Source of the DNA: Macrostomum lignano
Lineage: Eukaryota
Reading direction: 5' to 3'
DNA: 49,074 bases
Assembly: GCA_002269645.1 (NCBI GenBank)
Contig: NIVC01003613.1
Coordinates: 1 to 49,074, forward strand
Shown: one piece after another, positions 37,201 through 47,610 of the stretch
Layout of the letters: each line of letters opens with the position of its first letter
Position numbering within the stretch: the stretch's first letter is position 1
The notes under the pieces: generated by a model
Told to the model about the DNA's origin: nothing
Databases searched by the model: none
What the model saw: the letters and a program-made list of their open reading frames with translations, nothing else
Translations under genes and position numbers: made by a program

Positions 37201-40200
37201 GAGTTCATTCCAATCACATTCTTCATTGTGGAATCGCAGAGGAACTTTGTTCTGGTTGGCCGAGACAAGCTCAATTTCACGCTAAACGCTGTAGACAACA
37301 GCTGCACATCGGCAACCCAGTCATGCGAATTTCCACCAGTAACTCTTAAGATCAAGGAAGGAACCACTCCAATTCATTGCAAACCCAGGCCGCTACCCTT
37401 CGCACTCAGACAGGGAGTCAAGGATGAAATCGATCGGTTGCTTGAAGAAGACACCATCAAGCCCGTCAAGTTCAGTGAATGGGCCTCACCAATTGTCGTG
37501 GTCAAGAAACCTTCTGGAAAGCTCAGACTTTGCGTCGACTACAAGGTGACAATCAATTCTCATCTTATCAACGATTCATATCCGATGCCTGCACCTGACG
37601 AAGTGATTGCAACTGCTGCTGGCAGCCGGATATACACTCGTCTGGACCTAGAGAAAGCTTATCACCAGATCCCACTAGATGAAGCTTCCAAAGAGCTGAC
37701 AGTAATGTCAACACCATTTGGGATGTTCGCTTTCAACAAGCTTCCGTTCGGAGTGAAAACAGCACCTGCGATCTTCCAGCGGTACATTAGCCAAGTCCTA
37801 CAAGGAATTCCTGGCGTCATTGCCTACGTAGACGACATATTGATATGCGGCAAAGGCGTAGAACAATTGGCAGTTCGTGAGACGGAAGTATTGCATCGAC
37901 TAAACCAGCAAGGATTGAAGATCAACACGGCGAAAAGTGAATTCCGCAAGACTTCGATCAAGTTTCTAGGCTACTTATTGGAAGGAGATCAGCTCAAGCC
38001 GGACCCAGCCAAAGTGAAGGCAATCCAGGACATGACACCACCGCAGAACGTTGGCGAGCTTGAATCTTTCCTGGGTCTCGTAAATTTTAGCGGCAAGTTC
38101 ATCAGAAACCTAGCTGCACTGACCAAGCCTCTCAATCGACTAAGAAAGAAAAATGAGGACTTCGTGTGGACAAAGGAGTGTCAAATAGCATTTGACGAAA
38201 TCAAGGTCACTCTCTCTGATCAATCGAGTCTTCAAATATTTGATCCGGAGAAGCCCATTGAACTGGAATGCGACAGTTCTCAGCGAGCTCTGGGCGGAGT
38301 GTTGACACAAAGCGGTCAAGTCGTGCTGTACATGAGCAAGACTCTGTCTGACGCCGAAACAAAATATTCGCAAATAGAGCGTAAAGGCCTGGCACTGGTT
38401 TGGTGCATTCAAAGATGCCATCGGTTCTTGTATGGCCGGAGGTTCACACTGATAACTGATCACCGGCCCCTCACATACATATTCGCGCTAGACAAACAGC
38501 TGCCCACCAGAGTTTCAGCTCGACTACAACGATGGGCAATCATGCTAGCTGCTTATGACTATGTCATACAGTATCGACCATCAAAGCTAATGCTGTCGGA
38601 TGCGCTATCTCGACTGGTGCCCGCTAAGCCGAATGCACAGACAGCATCGATCGGACTCCTCGAAGCTGACAACCCGGGAGTAATTCAGCTGGATCGCATT
38701 GCACACGCAACCAGAGAGGACTCGGAGTTCAGATGCCTGGGCGCAGCCATAATTAACAATAATCTATTTGACGACCCACACCTACTCAGCTACTCGAAGG
38801 TTCAAGATGAGCTAACTGTCAATGATGGAATTATTTACAGAATGAACAGAATTGTATTGCCTCGTGTCCTGAGAGAAACTGCCCTGGCAGCTGTACACTC
38901 AACGCACCTTGGGGTGGAAAAGTCAAAGTCAATTTTGAGGGAACAGTTCTGGTGGCCACAGATGGACCGTGACATCGCTGACTACATTGGACGATGCAAC
39001 GTGTGCAACGCGTACAAGTCCAGAAATAAGAACTTTCGGCACTCGTGGCCAGAACCTGACAACCCCTGGGAGCGAGTGCACATTGATTTTGCCGGTCCAA
39101 TAGAGGGCAAGTACCTACTCATCATTTTGGATGCGCACTCGAGCTACCCGGAAGTCTTCATCACGAGCGACATGAAGGCCGACACAGTCATTTCCAGACT
39201 TAGAAGATTGTTCTCACAACAGGGGTGCCCAAGTGTCTCGTGTCAGACAACGGCCCTAGTTTTGTGAGCGAAGCGGTGACCGGCTGGCTCACCCAGATTG
39301 GCTGTTCGCACATCACAACGCCCGCCTACCATCCACAGAGCAACGGCATTGCAGAGCGAATGGTGCGAACCGTCAAAGAGACAATCAAGACCAATGGTTT
39401 ATCCCAAAGAAGTATTGACAGATTTCTACTGTTCTACAGAGCTGCCAAAGGGAAGCAGCAAGCATCACCGTCCGAGTTGTTGAACGGCAGACAAATAAGA
39501 CTCCCCATCTCGGAGAGCAGCACTCAGTCCAAGTGGATCCCAGGAGAATCACTCATCTACCGTGCATCGAGTTCTCATGAGCCACGAACTGTGAGATTCG
39601 CCAAAATGCTTGGCAGCAACACAGCAGTCGTCACCACAGAGACTGGACGAAATCTAAAGACCCACCTCGATCAACTACGAATCGGTGAGGTACCTGAGGC
39701 TCACGGAACTACGGAAATGGGGGATTCCAAGCCCGGTGGCAGCAGTCCAAGTGACGACGGCCAACAGACGCGTCCGTCATCGACAGACACTGAGATACTA
39801 CCGGGAACAGAACAAGCTGAGAGAGCACAACAGCAACAGACTGAGGTTGGAGTTCAATCCAAGCCGTCACCCAGGCGAAGCGAACGCTTGGCCAAGAAAA
39901 CTAGAATTTTTTATCGCACCTGAGTGATAATTGTACACCTACCTATAGAAGAGGGAGGGTGTTGTGGGTTGATGGCTTTGCCATAGACATTTTTGTTACG
40001 CGACTGCGTTGATGAATTGAACCATGCTATTGAGTTATGAAATAAGTAATAGACGCGTCAGAGGTCAACAGACCGCTAGACTGACAATTGCCAAAGGCTA
40101 AAGCCAAAAGCACAACAATTTTCATATCCTCCCTTACTCTTGAAATATGATATTTGCCCTTCTTTTCATATAATCATTCATATCAACTCCATTATTCTAA

Positions 40201-43200
40201 ATTGCCTCAATTACCCCAGGGCATCATGTACATAACCAACCGACTCACGCTGCTGGACACGCGTCCGTGCAAGCCAGTCTGGGACTACATCGAGACGCAG
40301 GTCTATCCGAAACTCTGCTTCGAAATGCGCCAACCAGAGGACGTACTGGCAGCCTGGCGTACCACAGCTCGCATTGTGCTGCACACGCCTATTGGCTATA
40401 CGGATCCTGACAGTAGGGCTAGTAGCATCTTTCAGTTGCGATTCATTGAATGCGAGGACGGCGACACGATTGACGGCCTGCTGTCTGAACCGTTCGGCGA
40501 TCATCTTGGCGTTTGCGGATTCTCATCGAAGCTTGGGCGGGCTCTGTAAGTTTTAATGGGTTTTTTACTGAATGCAATGGGGTTGCAATGTTTTTTGTTG
40601 CTATGGTGTTCCTGTGCTGTGCTATGCAGTTACTATGCCGTTGCTATGCGGTTACTATGACACTGCCTATAAGACTGGTGGAACCGTTGCTATGCGGTTG
40701 CTCTGCCGTTGCTATGCGATTACTATGCCTTTGCTATGCGATTACTATGCCTTTGCTATGCGATTATTATGCGGTTAATCTTGTTGCCATGCGATTACTA
40801 TGCCGTTGCTATGCGATTACTATGCCTTTGCTATGCGATTACTATGCCTTTGCTATGCGATTATTATGCGGTTAATCTTGTTGCCATGCGATTACTATGC
40901 CGTTGCTATGCGATTACTATGCCTTTGCTATGCGATTATTATGCGGTTACTCTGCTGTTGCCATGCGATTACTATGCCGTTGCTATGCGGTTGCTCTGTC
41001 TTTGTTATGCGGTTACTAGGTTACTAGGGCGATTACTAGGTTACCCTACTGTTGCCATGTGATTACTATGCCGTTGCTATGCGGTTACTTTGCTGTTGCT
41101 ATGCGATTGTTATGTCGTTGCTATGTGGTTACTATCCCGTTGCTATGCTGTTGCTATGCTGTTACTATCTGGTTACTATGCTGTAGCTATGCTGTTACTA
41201 TCCGGTTACTATGCTGTTGCTATGCTGTTACTATCCGGTTACTATGCTGTTGCTATTATGAGTTTCAGTGCCGTAGCTCCTGTACTGTCGCTATTCGGTT
41301 ACTATGCTGTAACTATGCTAGCTATATTAATTATTTTGTTTGTAACCAATTTCAGTTTACTGACTGACCCACGCGCACAAGACCAGCAGCAGCCATCCAA
41401 CAGAGTCGATGCCCAAGATGACTTATCCTACATATCTAGGCTATCCCTATTTGGCGATATGCGCAACCACCTGTGCGAACTGTTCAACACCAGGCCGACG
41501 TTTGAAATGCCAACTACAGCTTCGTTGATGCGGTCAGGACGACGCCCGTCCCGGAGCATCAGTGCGGTTGAAAACCAGCAGCAACAGCAGCAGAAAGGCA
41601 CCGGCCGGGGTCGCGGACAGCGGACCCGGCAGATGTTGATCAACGCTAGAACATTGGCCGCTAAAACTCGCGAAGCTCGTCGCTTGGCGCGCGGCAGCGG
41701 CGGAACTTCGGCCGCCTCGTCCGCCAGCAGCGAGAATAATCTTCAACACGCTTCGTTCACCTCTACGGTGCCAACATTCAGCGTTGAATCATCGCGTCGT
41801 CGGCTACGCGAGTTATCCATGGCTCTGGCCGGTGCCGCCCCGCTGTCCAGCAGAATCTGGTCAGCCGAGGAGGACACGGTGCTGCTATTCTGTCACCTGG
41901 CCTACCTGCTTGTGTTTAACGATCGTACCTGTAAATTCTCTAGCACAGCTGCCAGTCTCATAGCCGAGCTGGCTCCGGCTAGCCCGCACAGTCAGGTCAA
42001 GACTCGGCCAGTCTGTCTGCGCCGGTTCAACCTGCTGTTCCGCGGCCGGCGCTCGTTTGAATCGCTTCGACGAGTTCGCGACTCGCTGCTGGTCCGTCTG
42101 CGGCATTCGGCCGCCGTGCGGGCTTGGCTGGTCCGGCCCCGGGCAGCCTGGCGCCGCAGTCCGCACAGTCACCCGCTGGCTGGCGACAAGGCCTGGCGGG
42201 AGCCGCATTTTCGTCGAATAGTTCTCGGCCTGCTGCACCGCGACGAGGCTGTCGAGCTGTTGAATTTAACGCCGCCAATGATGCAGCCGGATGCTGAGAT
42301 GCTCGACGAGTCTGCGACTGCGCCCAAGATTGATGACAATTTTGCTGATGAAGCCAGCTCTGCCGAGGAGGGGGAGTCGCCGGAGCTGCCTGATGATCGG
42401 CGGCTTGTTGAGTTGGGCAGCGACGAAACCGCTAATCGAGTGGCTACTCACGCCCAGTGCATGATCGACACTCTGGCGGCCTACGTTTTGGTATGGAGTA
42501 TCACAGAAATATCCCGGGGACACGAGGTTCCCTATGGGATATTCCATTCTCTGATAAAATATCCCAGGGACACGAGGTTCCTTATGGGATATTCCATTCC
42601 CAGCTAGAATATCCTAGAGGCAAGAGGTTCCCCATGCGGGATATTCCATTCCCAGCTAAAATATCCCAGGGGCACAAAACTTCCCAAGGAAAATCCCAAG
42701 CGGAAAGATCCCCAATTTACTATAAAAAATCATAACTCTATTGGAAAGCCCCTAATTCTCAATGGGAAATTCCCTAATTTTTAATTGGGAATTCCTTTAT
42801 TGTCTATGGGAATCCCCTAATTCTCAATGGGGAATTCCCTTATTCTCTATGGCTAACTCGCTAATTCCCCATGGGATATTCCATTCCCTGATAAAATATC
42901 CCAGGGGCACAAAACTTCCCAAGGAAAATCCCAAGCGGAAAGATCCCCAATTTACTATAAAAAATCATAATTCTCAATGGGAAATTCCCTAATTTTTAAT
43001 TGGGAATTCCTTTATTGTCTATGGGAATCCCCTAATTCTCAATAGGGAATTCCCTTATTCTCTATGGCTAACTCGCTAATTCCCCATGGGATATTCCCTA
43101 ATCTCTCTAGGAATTCCCCGAGTCCTCTTTCGCGAATGGGTAATTCCCTCATAAATACCCCAAGCATCGAATCCCCCATTGGAAATGATTGCAGTATCAA

Positions 43201-43890
43201 ATCAGTCATCAGGAAATCCCCCCCCCCTACCAAAAATCGATACTGCAAGCCGTACACTCCCCAGCACAATGACTCCATCCAGATCTGTGTCCAGTCGTAC
43301 GCGGAAGCCGACTTGGACGCTCGGCCGGAAATTGACGCTCGCCTCACCGAAGTCATCAACGCCTACCCGGTCGAGCTGGCCGAGTCGGCCCTGAGCAGGC
43401 TGTGCCGCTACTCAGAGCTACTAGGCGAGTCGCCCCTAGTGCGAGCTAAGCACGGCGACGCGATGTCTGTGACCAGTCGGCGACTGAAGCTCCGTCAGGG
43501 CTCCTCGGTTGCCTGCCCGCCGGCTGTCGATGCCTATTTCAACGGCTGCGCAGAGTTGAATCGATCCGTGTTGCTAGGCAACCAGCTGTTGTCAGAGTCG
43601 GCCGATGTCGAAGTCAACGGGCCGGTGGCCGCCCTGTGCGCCGCTGCCTGTCTTGACTCCAGCCTGGTAAGCTCCAGATCCCCCATGTACCATCTTCAGT
43701 AGTGTGCTTGAGTTCTGATAGCTTGTTCAATGCAGCTAACTACCTGGCTTTTCATTTCCTAATCAGCTGCAATACGAGTGGCAATGGAGTCTGGAGCGAT
43801 TGAACTTTCTCACTCTGGGCATCAGCTCCGATCTGTTCAACGAGGCCGTCGGCTTTGGTTAGTTCTTTTTATTGTATACACAGACACACG

Positions 43891-43946
<56 letters not shown>

Positions 43947-43959
43947 GTCAGACAGACAT

Positions 43960-44030
<71 letters not shown>

Positions 44031-44031
44031 T

Positions 44032-44090
<59 letters not shown>

Positions 44091-44091
44091 T

Positions 44092-44166
<75 letters not shown>

Positions 44167-44968
44167 TACAGACATACAGACAGACAGACAGACAGACAGA
44201 CACACATCCAAACATTCCAGGCGCAGACGGCAGCGTGGCCGGTGATTCCCAGCTGCCCAGCATAATCGAAGGCGACACGAATGAAGATGAAGAAGCCACG
44301 ACATCATCGCTACTGTCCCAGTTGCAGCCTCCGCAGCAGCAGCAGCAGCAGCAACAGCAACAACATCAATTGCTTCCTTTATTTCGTTTTGCCGATTTTT
44401 CGGCTTCCCACCGCGGCGCCGCGCCCGATCCCAAGCGGAAGTCCGGGGTCCCAGTCTGGCCGCCCGAGTTTCACTGCTCAGTAGCCGACGCCGGCATCGA
44501 TGACATCGGGGGCGCCTCCGACAACAGTCGCATTCTGAGAGCTCTGCTGGACTGCGGCAGTAGCGTCGGAATCTGCACTGACGGAGTCTGCGGCCTGTCG
44601 CCGGCGGAGCTGCGCAGACGGCTGGGCCTGGCCGCGGACACTTGCGGACTGACGGATCGCTGTGTGCAGCAGCGACAACTGGCTGACTTGGACGCCGAAC
44701 TGATGCGGCTTATTGAAGCCAGGGCTGTGAGTGTCTGCATGAAAGTTGTTAGGCACGAAAATCATTGTAGCTGTTGTGCTTTTAACCTGACGTTTTCATC
44801 CCATATACAGGTATTCCTAGTTGGCTACAATATGCCGTACCTGGTGCACAGGAAGCACATGCGGGCTTGTCTGGTGAATTTGAATCCGCGTGGCCTGCAG
44901 CAGAAACTGCTGGTTGGCAACGAGAAACGGTGAGGCTGTTTGTTTGGAGCTGTGTCTGTCTATGTCTA

Positions 44969-45065
<97 letters not shown>

Positions 45066-45066
45066 A

Positions 45067-45145
<79 letters not shown>

Positions 45146-45146
45146 A

Positions 45147-45217
<71 letters not shown>

Positions 45218-45218
45218 A

Positions 45219-45297
<79 letters not shown>

Positions 45298-45298
45298 A

Positions 45299-45340
<42 letters not shown>

Positions 45341-45758
45341 TCTATCTCACCCACCCCAACCCGCTCAGCTACATTCTGCCCACCCACTGGTCCGACCACC
45401 TCGGCAACCATCGGCCTCATCATCACGCCGCCTACTGCGCCGGATTCTGTCGGCCAGCTCCGAAAGGTCGGGCTGCAGTTTGATCGCTCTCAGCCGGTCG
45501 GCCGGCCCGACCCTGGGCCTGGTCGGTCTGTTCAAACTGCTGCACCAGCTGCGCCAGCTCGGCTGCCTCACTCTGCAATCTGCTGTGCCATCAGTGGCTG
45601 CCACTGCAACTCCAACAGCCGCTGGCCTGTTCGCGCCCCGGCCTGAGCACCAGTGGCAACCGACCACCCTGTTTGACGATTGGCCCCTGGTCACTGTTCA
45701 GGTGCTACCGGATGCCGAATTCAAACTGGCCACTGCCCTAGAGAATGCTCCTGTGTAG
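28250..45758 (+). CDS. GTF3C1: General transcription factor IIIC large (B-box-binding) subunit, GTF3C1-like, 13 exons, ~1750 aa, two apparent single-base frameshifts
   Basis: Exons 28250-28491, 29870-30348, 30937-31162, 31830-32307, 33207-33575, 34975-35382, 40220-40545, 41356-42490, 43195-43666, 43767-43857, 44221-44726, 44811-44929, 45369-45758. Segments resemble human GTF3C1 as I recall it, in the same order: [67 protein letters not shown]...[44 protein letters not shown]. Phases agree except at the exon 8/9 junction and within exon 13. Confidence 0.82.
28535..29790. repeat. 21-bp minisatellite in GTF3C1 intron 1
   Basis: Unit TTACAGATTTGTGAATAGGGA, ~60 copies with recurring variants. Confidence 0.97.
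30385..30915. repeat. 28-bp minisatellite in GTF3C1 intron 2
   Basis: Unit GCTGGGCCAGCCTCCCAGATCCTCAGTT, ~19 copies. Confidence 0.95.
31405..31760. repeat. 21-bp minisatellite in GTF3C1 intron 3
   Basis: Unit GGGTTTGAAGAAATGGCACAT, ~17 copies. Confidence 0.95.
32360..33065. repeat. Purine-rich (GAGAT/GAGGA) repeat with ~180-bp higher-order unit in GTF3C1 intron 4
   Basis: GAGATGAGATGTGAGGAGA sub-units. The block TGTAGAATGAGATGACATGTGGGAATAG recurs three times about 180 bp apart. Confidence 0.9.
33670..34880. repeat. ~27-35-bp minisatellite in GTF3C1 intron 5
   Basis: Unit TATCTATCTACTCATCAATCTACCTGTATACT with a variable number of TATC sub-units. Confidence 0.95.
35410..35770. repeat. 20-bp minisatellite at the start of GTF3C1 intron 6
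   Basis: Unit CTCACCGATTCTCTTCATAT. The array ends at the LTR insertion site. Confidence 0.9.
35773..35930 (+). repeat. 5' LTR (158 bp)
   Basis: Identical by eye to 39960-40117 and followed by the PBS. Confidence 0.97.
35959..39923 (+). CDS. Gag-Pol polyprotein of the Mag-like element (zinc knuckles, protease, RT, RNase H, integrase), one frameshift near 39225
   Basis: Double Cys/His knuckle CGRCGTMH...C and [16 protein letters not shown] motifs [41 protein letters not shown]. RNase H motifs LECDSS and ITDHRPL. Integrase HHCC plus HIDFAGP, SDNGPSF and NGIAERMV, the last two in the second frame. Confidence 0.93.
39960..40117 (+). repeat. 3' LTR (158 bp)
   Basis: Preceded by the polypurine tract and followed by the TSD ATTTT. 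Confidence 0.97.
40585..41330. repeat. Degenerate 11/22-bp minisatellite in GTF3C1 intron 7
   Basis: GCTATGCGATTACTATGCCGTT-type units. Confidence 0.9.
42500..43190. repeat. Palindrome-rich repeat with a ~240-bp duplication in GTF3C1 intron 8
   Basis: Recurring GGGATATTCC, GGGAATTCCC and CCCATGGG motifs. Block ~42640-42880 is repeated at ~42880-43095. Confidence 0.85.
43880..44205. repeat. (GACA)n microsatellite in GTF3C1 intron 10
   Basis: About 80 GACA units with occasional TACA. Confidence 0.98.
44955..45345. repeat. (TGTC)n/(TATC)n microsatellite in GTF3C1 intron 12
   Basis: About 90 TGTC units ending in a TATC run. Confidence 0.98.
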
Positions 45759-45959
45759 TGAATGTCTGTTCCCAATGCAGTGCTTTTTATATTATTGTTA
45801 TTTAATGTAAGTGCATCTAGTCTATAAATGGCACATGAAGCATATGGTTGAAATTTGAGTATCTCCATGCTCTGAGTCCTCTCTATGCCCTTTCCTGTCT
45901 CCTTTATGGCTTGAGCATATCAGACACTCCCTCTCCATTCTCGTAGTCCTTCTCTAGAC

Positions 45960-46200
45960 TCTAATCCATCTATCTCATACTCTCCCTCTCTACTCTCATT
46001 CTAATCCCTGTCTACTCTCATTCTCCCCGTCTCTACTCTCATACTCGCCCTCTCTATCTCATACTCTCCCTCTCTACTCTCATACTCGCCCTCTCTATCT
46101 CATATTCTCCCTCTCTACTCTCATACTCTCCCTCTCTAGTCTCATAATCTCCCTCTCTACTCTCATACTCTCCCTCTCTATCTCATACTCCTCCGAGTCT
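45960..46200. repeat. ~20-23-bp pyrimidine-rich minisatellite downstream of GTF3C1
   Basis: CTCTCCCTCTCTACTCTCATA-type units. Confidence 0.85.
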
Positions 46201-46689
46201 AGTCTCATAACTATCCTTCCATCCAATCACACTATCCTAGTTCCCAGTGTCAAGATCCACCATCTGTCTAATTATTAAAAAAATCTGCACTTTTTTAAGC
46301 AGTTTGCCTTATTCTCACTGAACTTGTAAAATTTTGAGCTTGCGGGGAAAATTCAGGTACACGTGATTCTGTTCCGTTTATTGTGTTGCGATTTTGCGAA
46401 AGTTACTCGTTTTATAGTACTTGTAGTAATGCTGCATTTAAGCTGCTGCATATGCTAATAATGCGTCTGGTCTGGTCTTACTTGGACTTTGGTTATTCAA
46501 ATTGTATTGTATAAGAAGCTGAAGCATGAATCACTTTTAATATGCTACTCATCCTATATAGTAGGCTAATGCGTGTTTTTGCGCATTCTATGCGCATAAA
46601 TTCAAGCATGCTTTTTTGTATAAATTTGGATTAAAATAATCTCTTATAGTAACTGCTTTTACCTTAGCTTTTTTTATTAGCACTTCAGG

Positions 46690-47610
46690 TATCAGTCCAC
46701 TCCCCAAAGTTCTGGAAGATATCAGTCCCCTCTCTAAAGATCTAGAGGGCATCAGTCCCCTCCCTGAAAATCTAGAGGGTATTTAGACCCCTCCCTGAAG
46801 ATTTAGGGGTGTTCGATCCCTCCCTGAAGATCTGGGGCTATTAGACCCCGTCACTGATGATCTGGGGCTATTAGACCCCGTCACTGATGATCTGGGGCTA
46901 TTAGACCCCGTCACTGATGATCTGGGGCTATTAGACCCCGTCACTGATGATCTGGGGCTATTAGACCCCGTCACTGAAGATCTGGGGCTATTAGACCCCG
47001 TCACTGATGATCTGGGGCTATTAGACCCCGTCACTGAAGATCTGGGGCTATTAGACCCCGTCACTGATGATCTGGGGCTATTAGACCCCGTCACTGATGA
47101 TCTGGGGCTATTAGACCCCGTCACTGAAGATCTGGGGTATTAGACCCCGTCACTGATGATCTGGGGCTATTAGACCCGTCACTGAAGATCTGGGGCTATT
47201 AGACCCCGTCACTGAAGATCTGGGGCTATTAGACCCCGTCACTGAAGATCTGGGGCTATTAGACCCGTCACTGATGATCTGGGGCTATTAGACCCCGTCA
47301 CTGAAGATCTGGGGCTATTAGACCCCGTCACTGAAGATCTGGGGCTATTAGACCCCGTCACTGAAGATCTGGGGCTATTAGACCCCGTCACTGATGATCT
47401 GGGGCTATTAGACCCCGTCACTGAAGATCTGGGGCTATTAGACCCCGTCACTGAAGATCTGGGGCTATTAGACCCCGTCACTAAAGATCTGGGGCTATTA
47501 GACCTTGTCTCTGAAGATCTGGGGCTATTAGACCCCACCCTGAAGATCTGGGGCTATTAGACCCCACCCTGAAGATCTGGAGGATATAAGTCCCTTGTCT
47601 CTGAAGATCT
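46690..47610. repeat. 30-bp minisatellite with internal hairpin, ~25 homogeneous copies with degenerate edges
   Basis: Unit TCTGGGGCTATTAGACCCCGTCACTGA(T/A)GA, homogeneous from ~46820 to ~47540. Confidence 0.97.

Larger units (their letters stand above)
35773..40117 (+). mobile_element. Full-length Ty3/Gypsy LTR retrotransposon, Mag-like, in GTF3C1 intron 6
   Basis: Two identical 158-bp LTRs (TGTT...AACA), a 5-bp TSD ATTTT (35768-35772 and 40118-40122), a PBS-like TGGCGTCGGCAAGC at 35932 and a PPT AGAAGAGGGAGGG at 39947-39959. Internal domain order is gag-PR-RT-RH-IN. Confidence 0.97.

Noticed and set aside
35773-40117. Mechanistic link between the Gypsy insertion and TFIIIC (yeast Ty3 targets Pol III genes through TFIIIB/TFIIIC)
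   Set aside because: That targeting acts on tRNA-gene DNA bound by the proteins, not on the gene encoding TFIIIC. No Pol III template lies next to the insertion, so this is treated as coincidence.
42490-45450. The two GTF3C1 frameshifts as mutually compensating (summed exon length 5241 is divisible by 3)
   Set aside because: The shifted frame hits a stop soon after 43195, so the intervening region cannot be read through.
18092-47538. Dozens of ORFs with periodic translations (for example [43 protein letters not shown])
   Set aside because: They are stop-free readings of intronic or intergenic tandem repeats, bounded by splice sites of the real genes, with no domain content.
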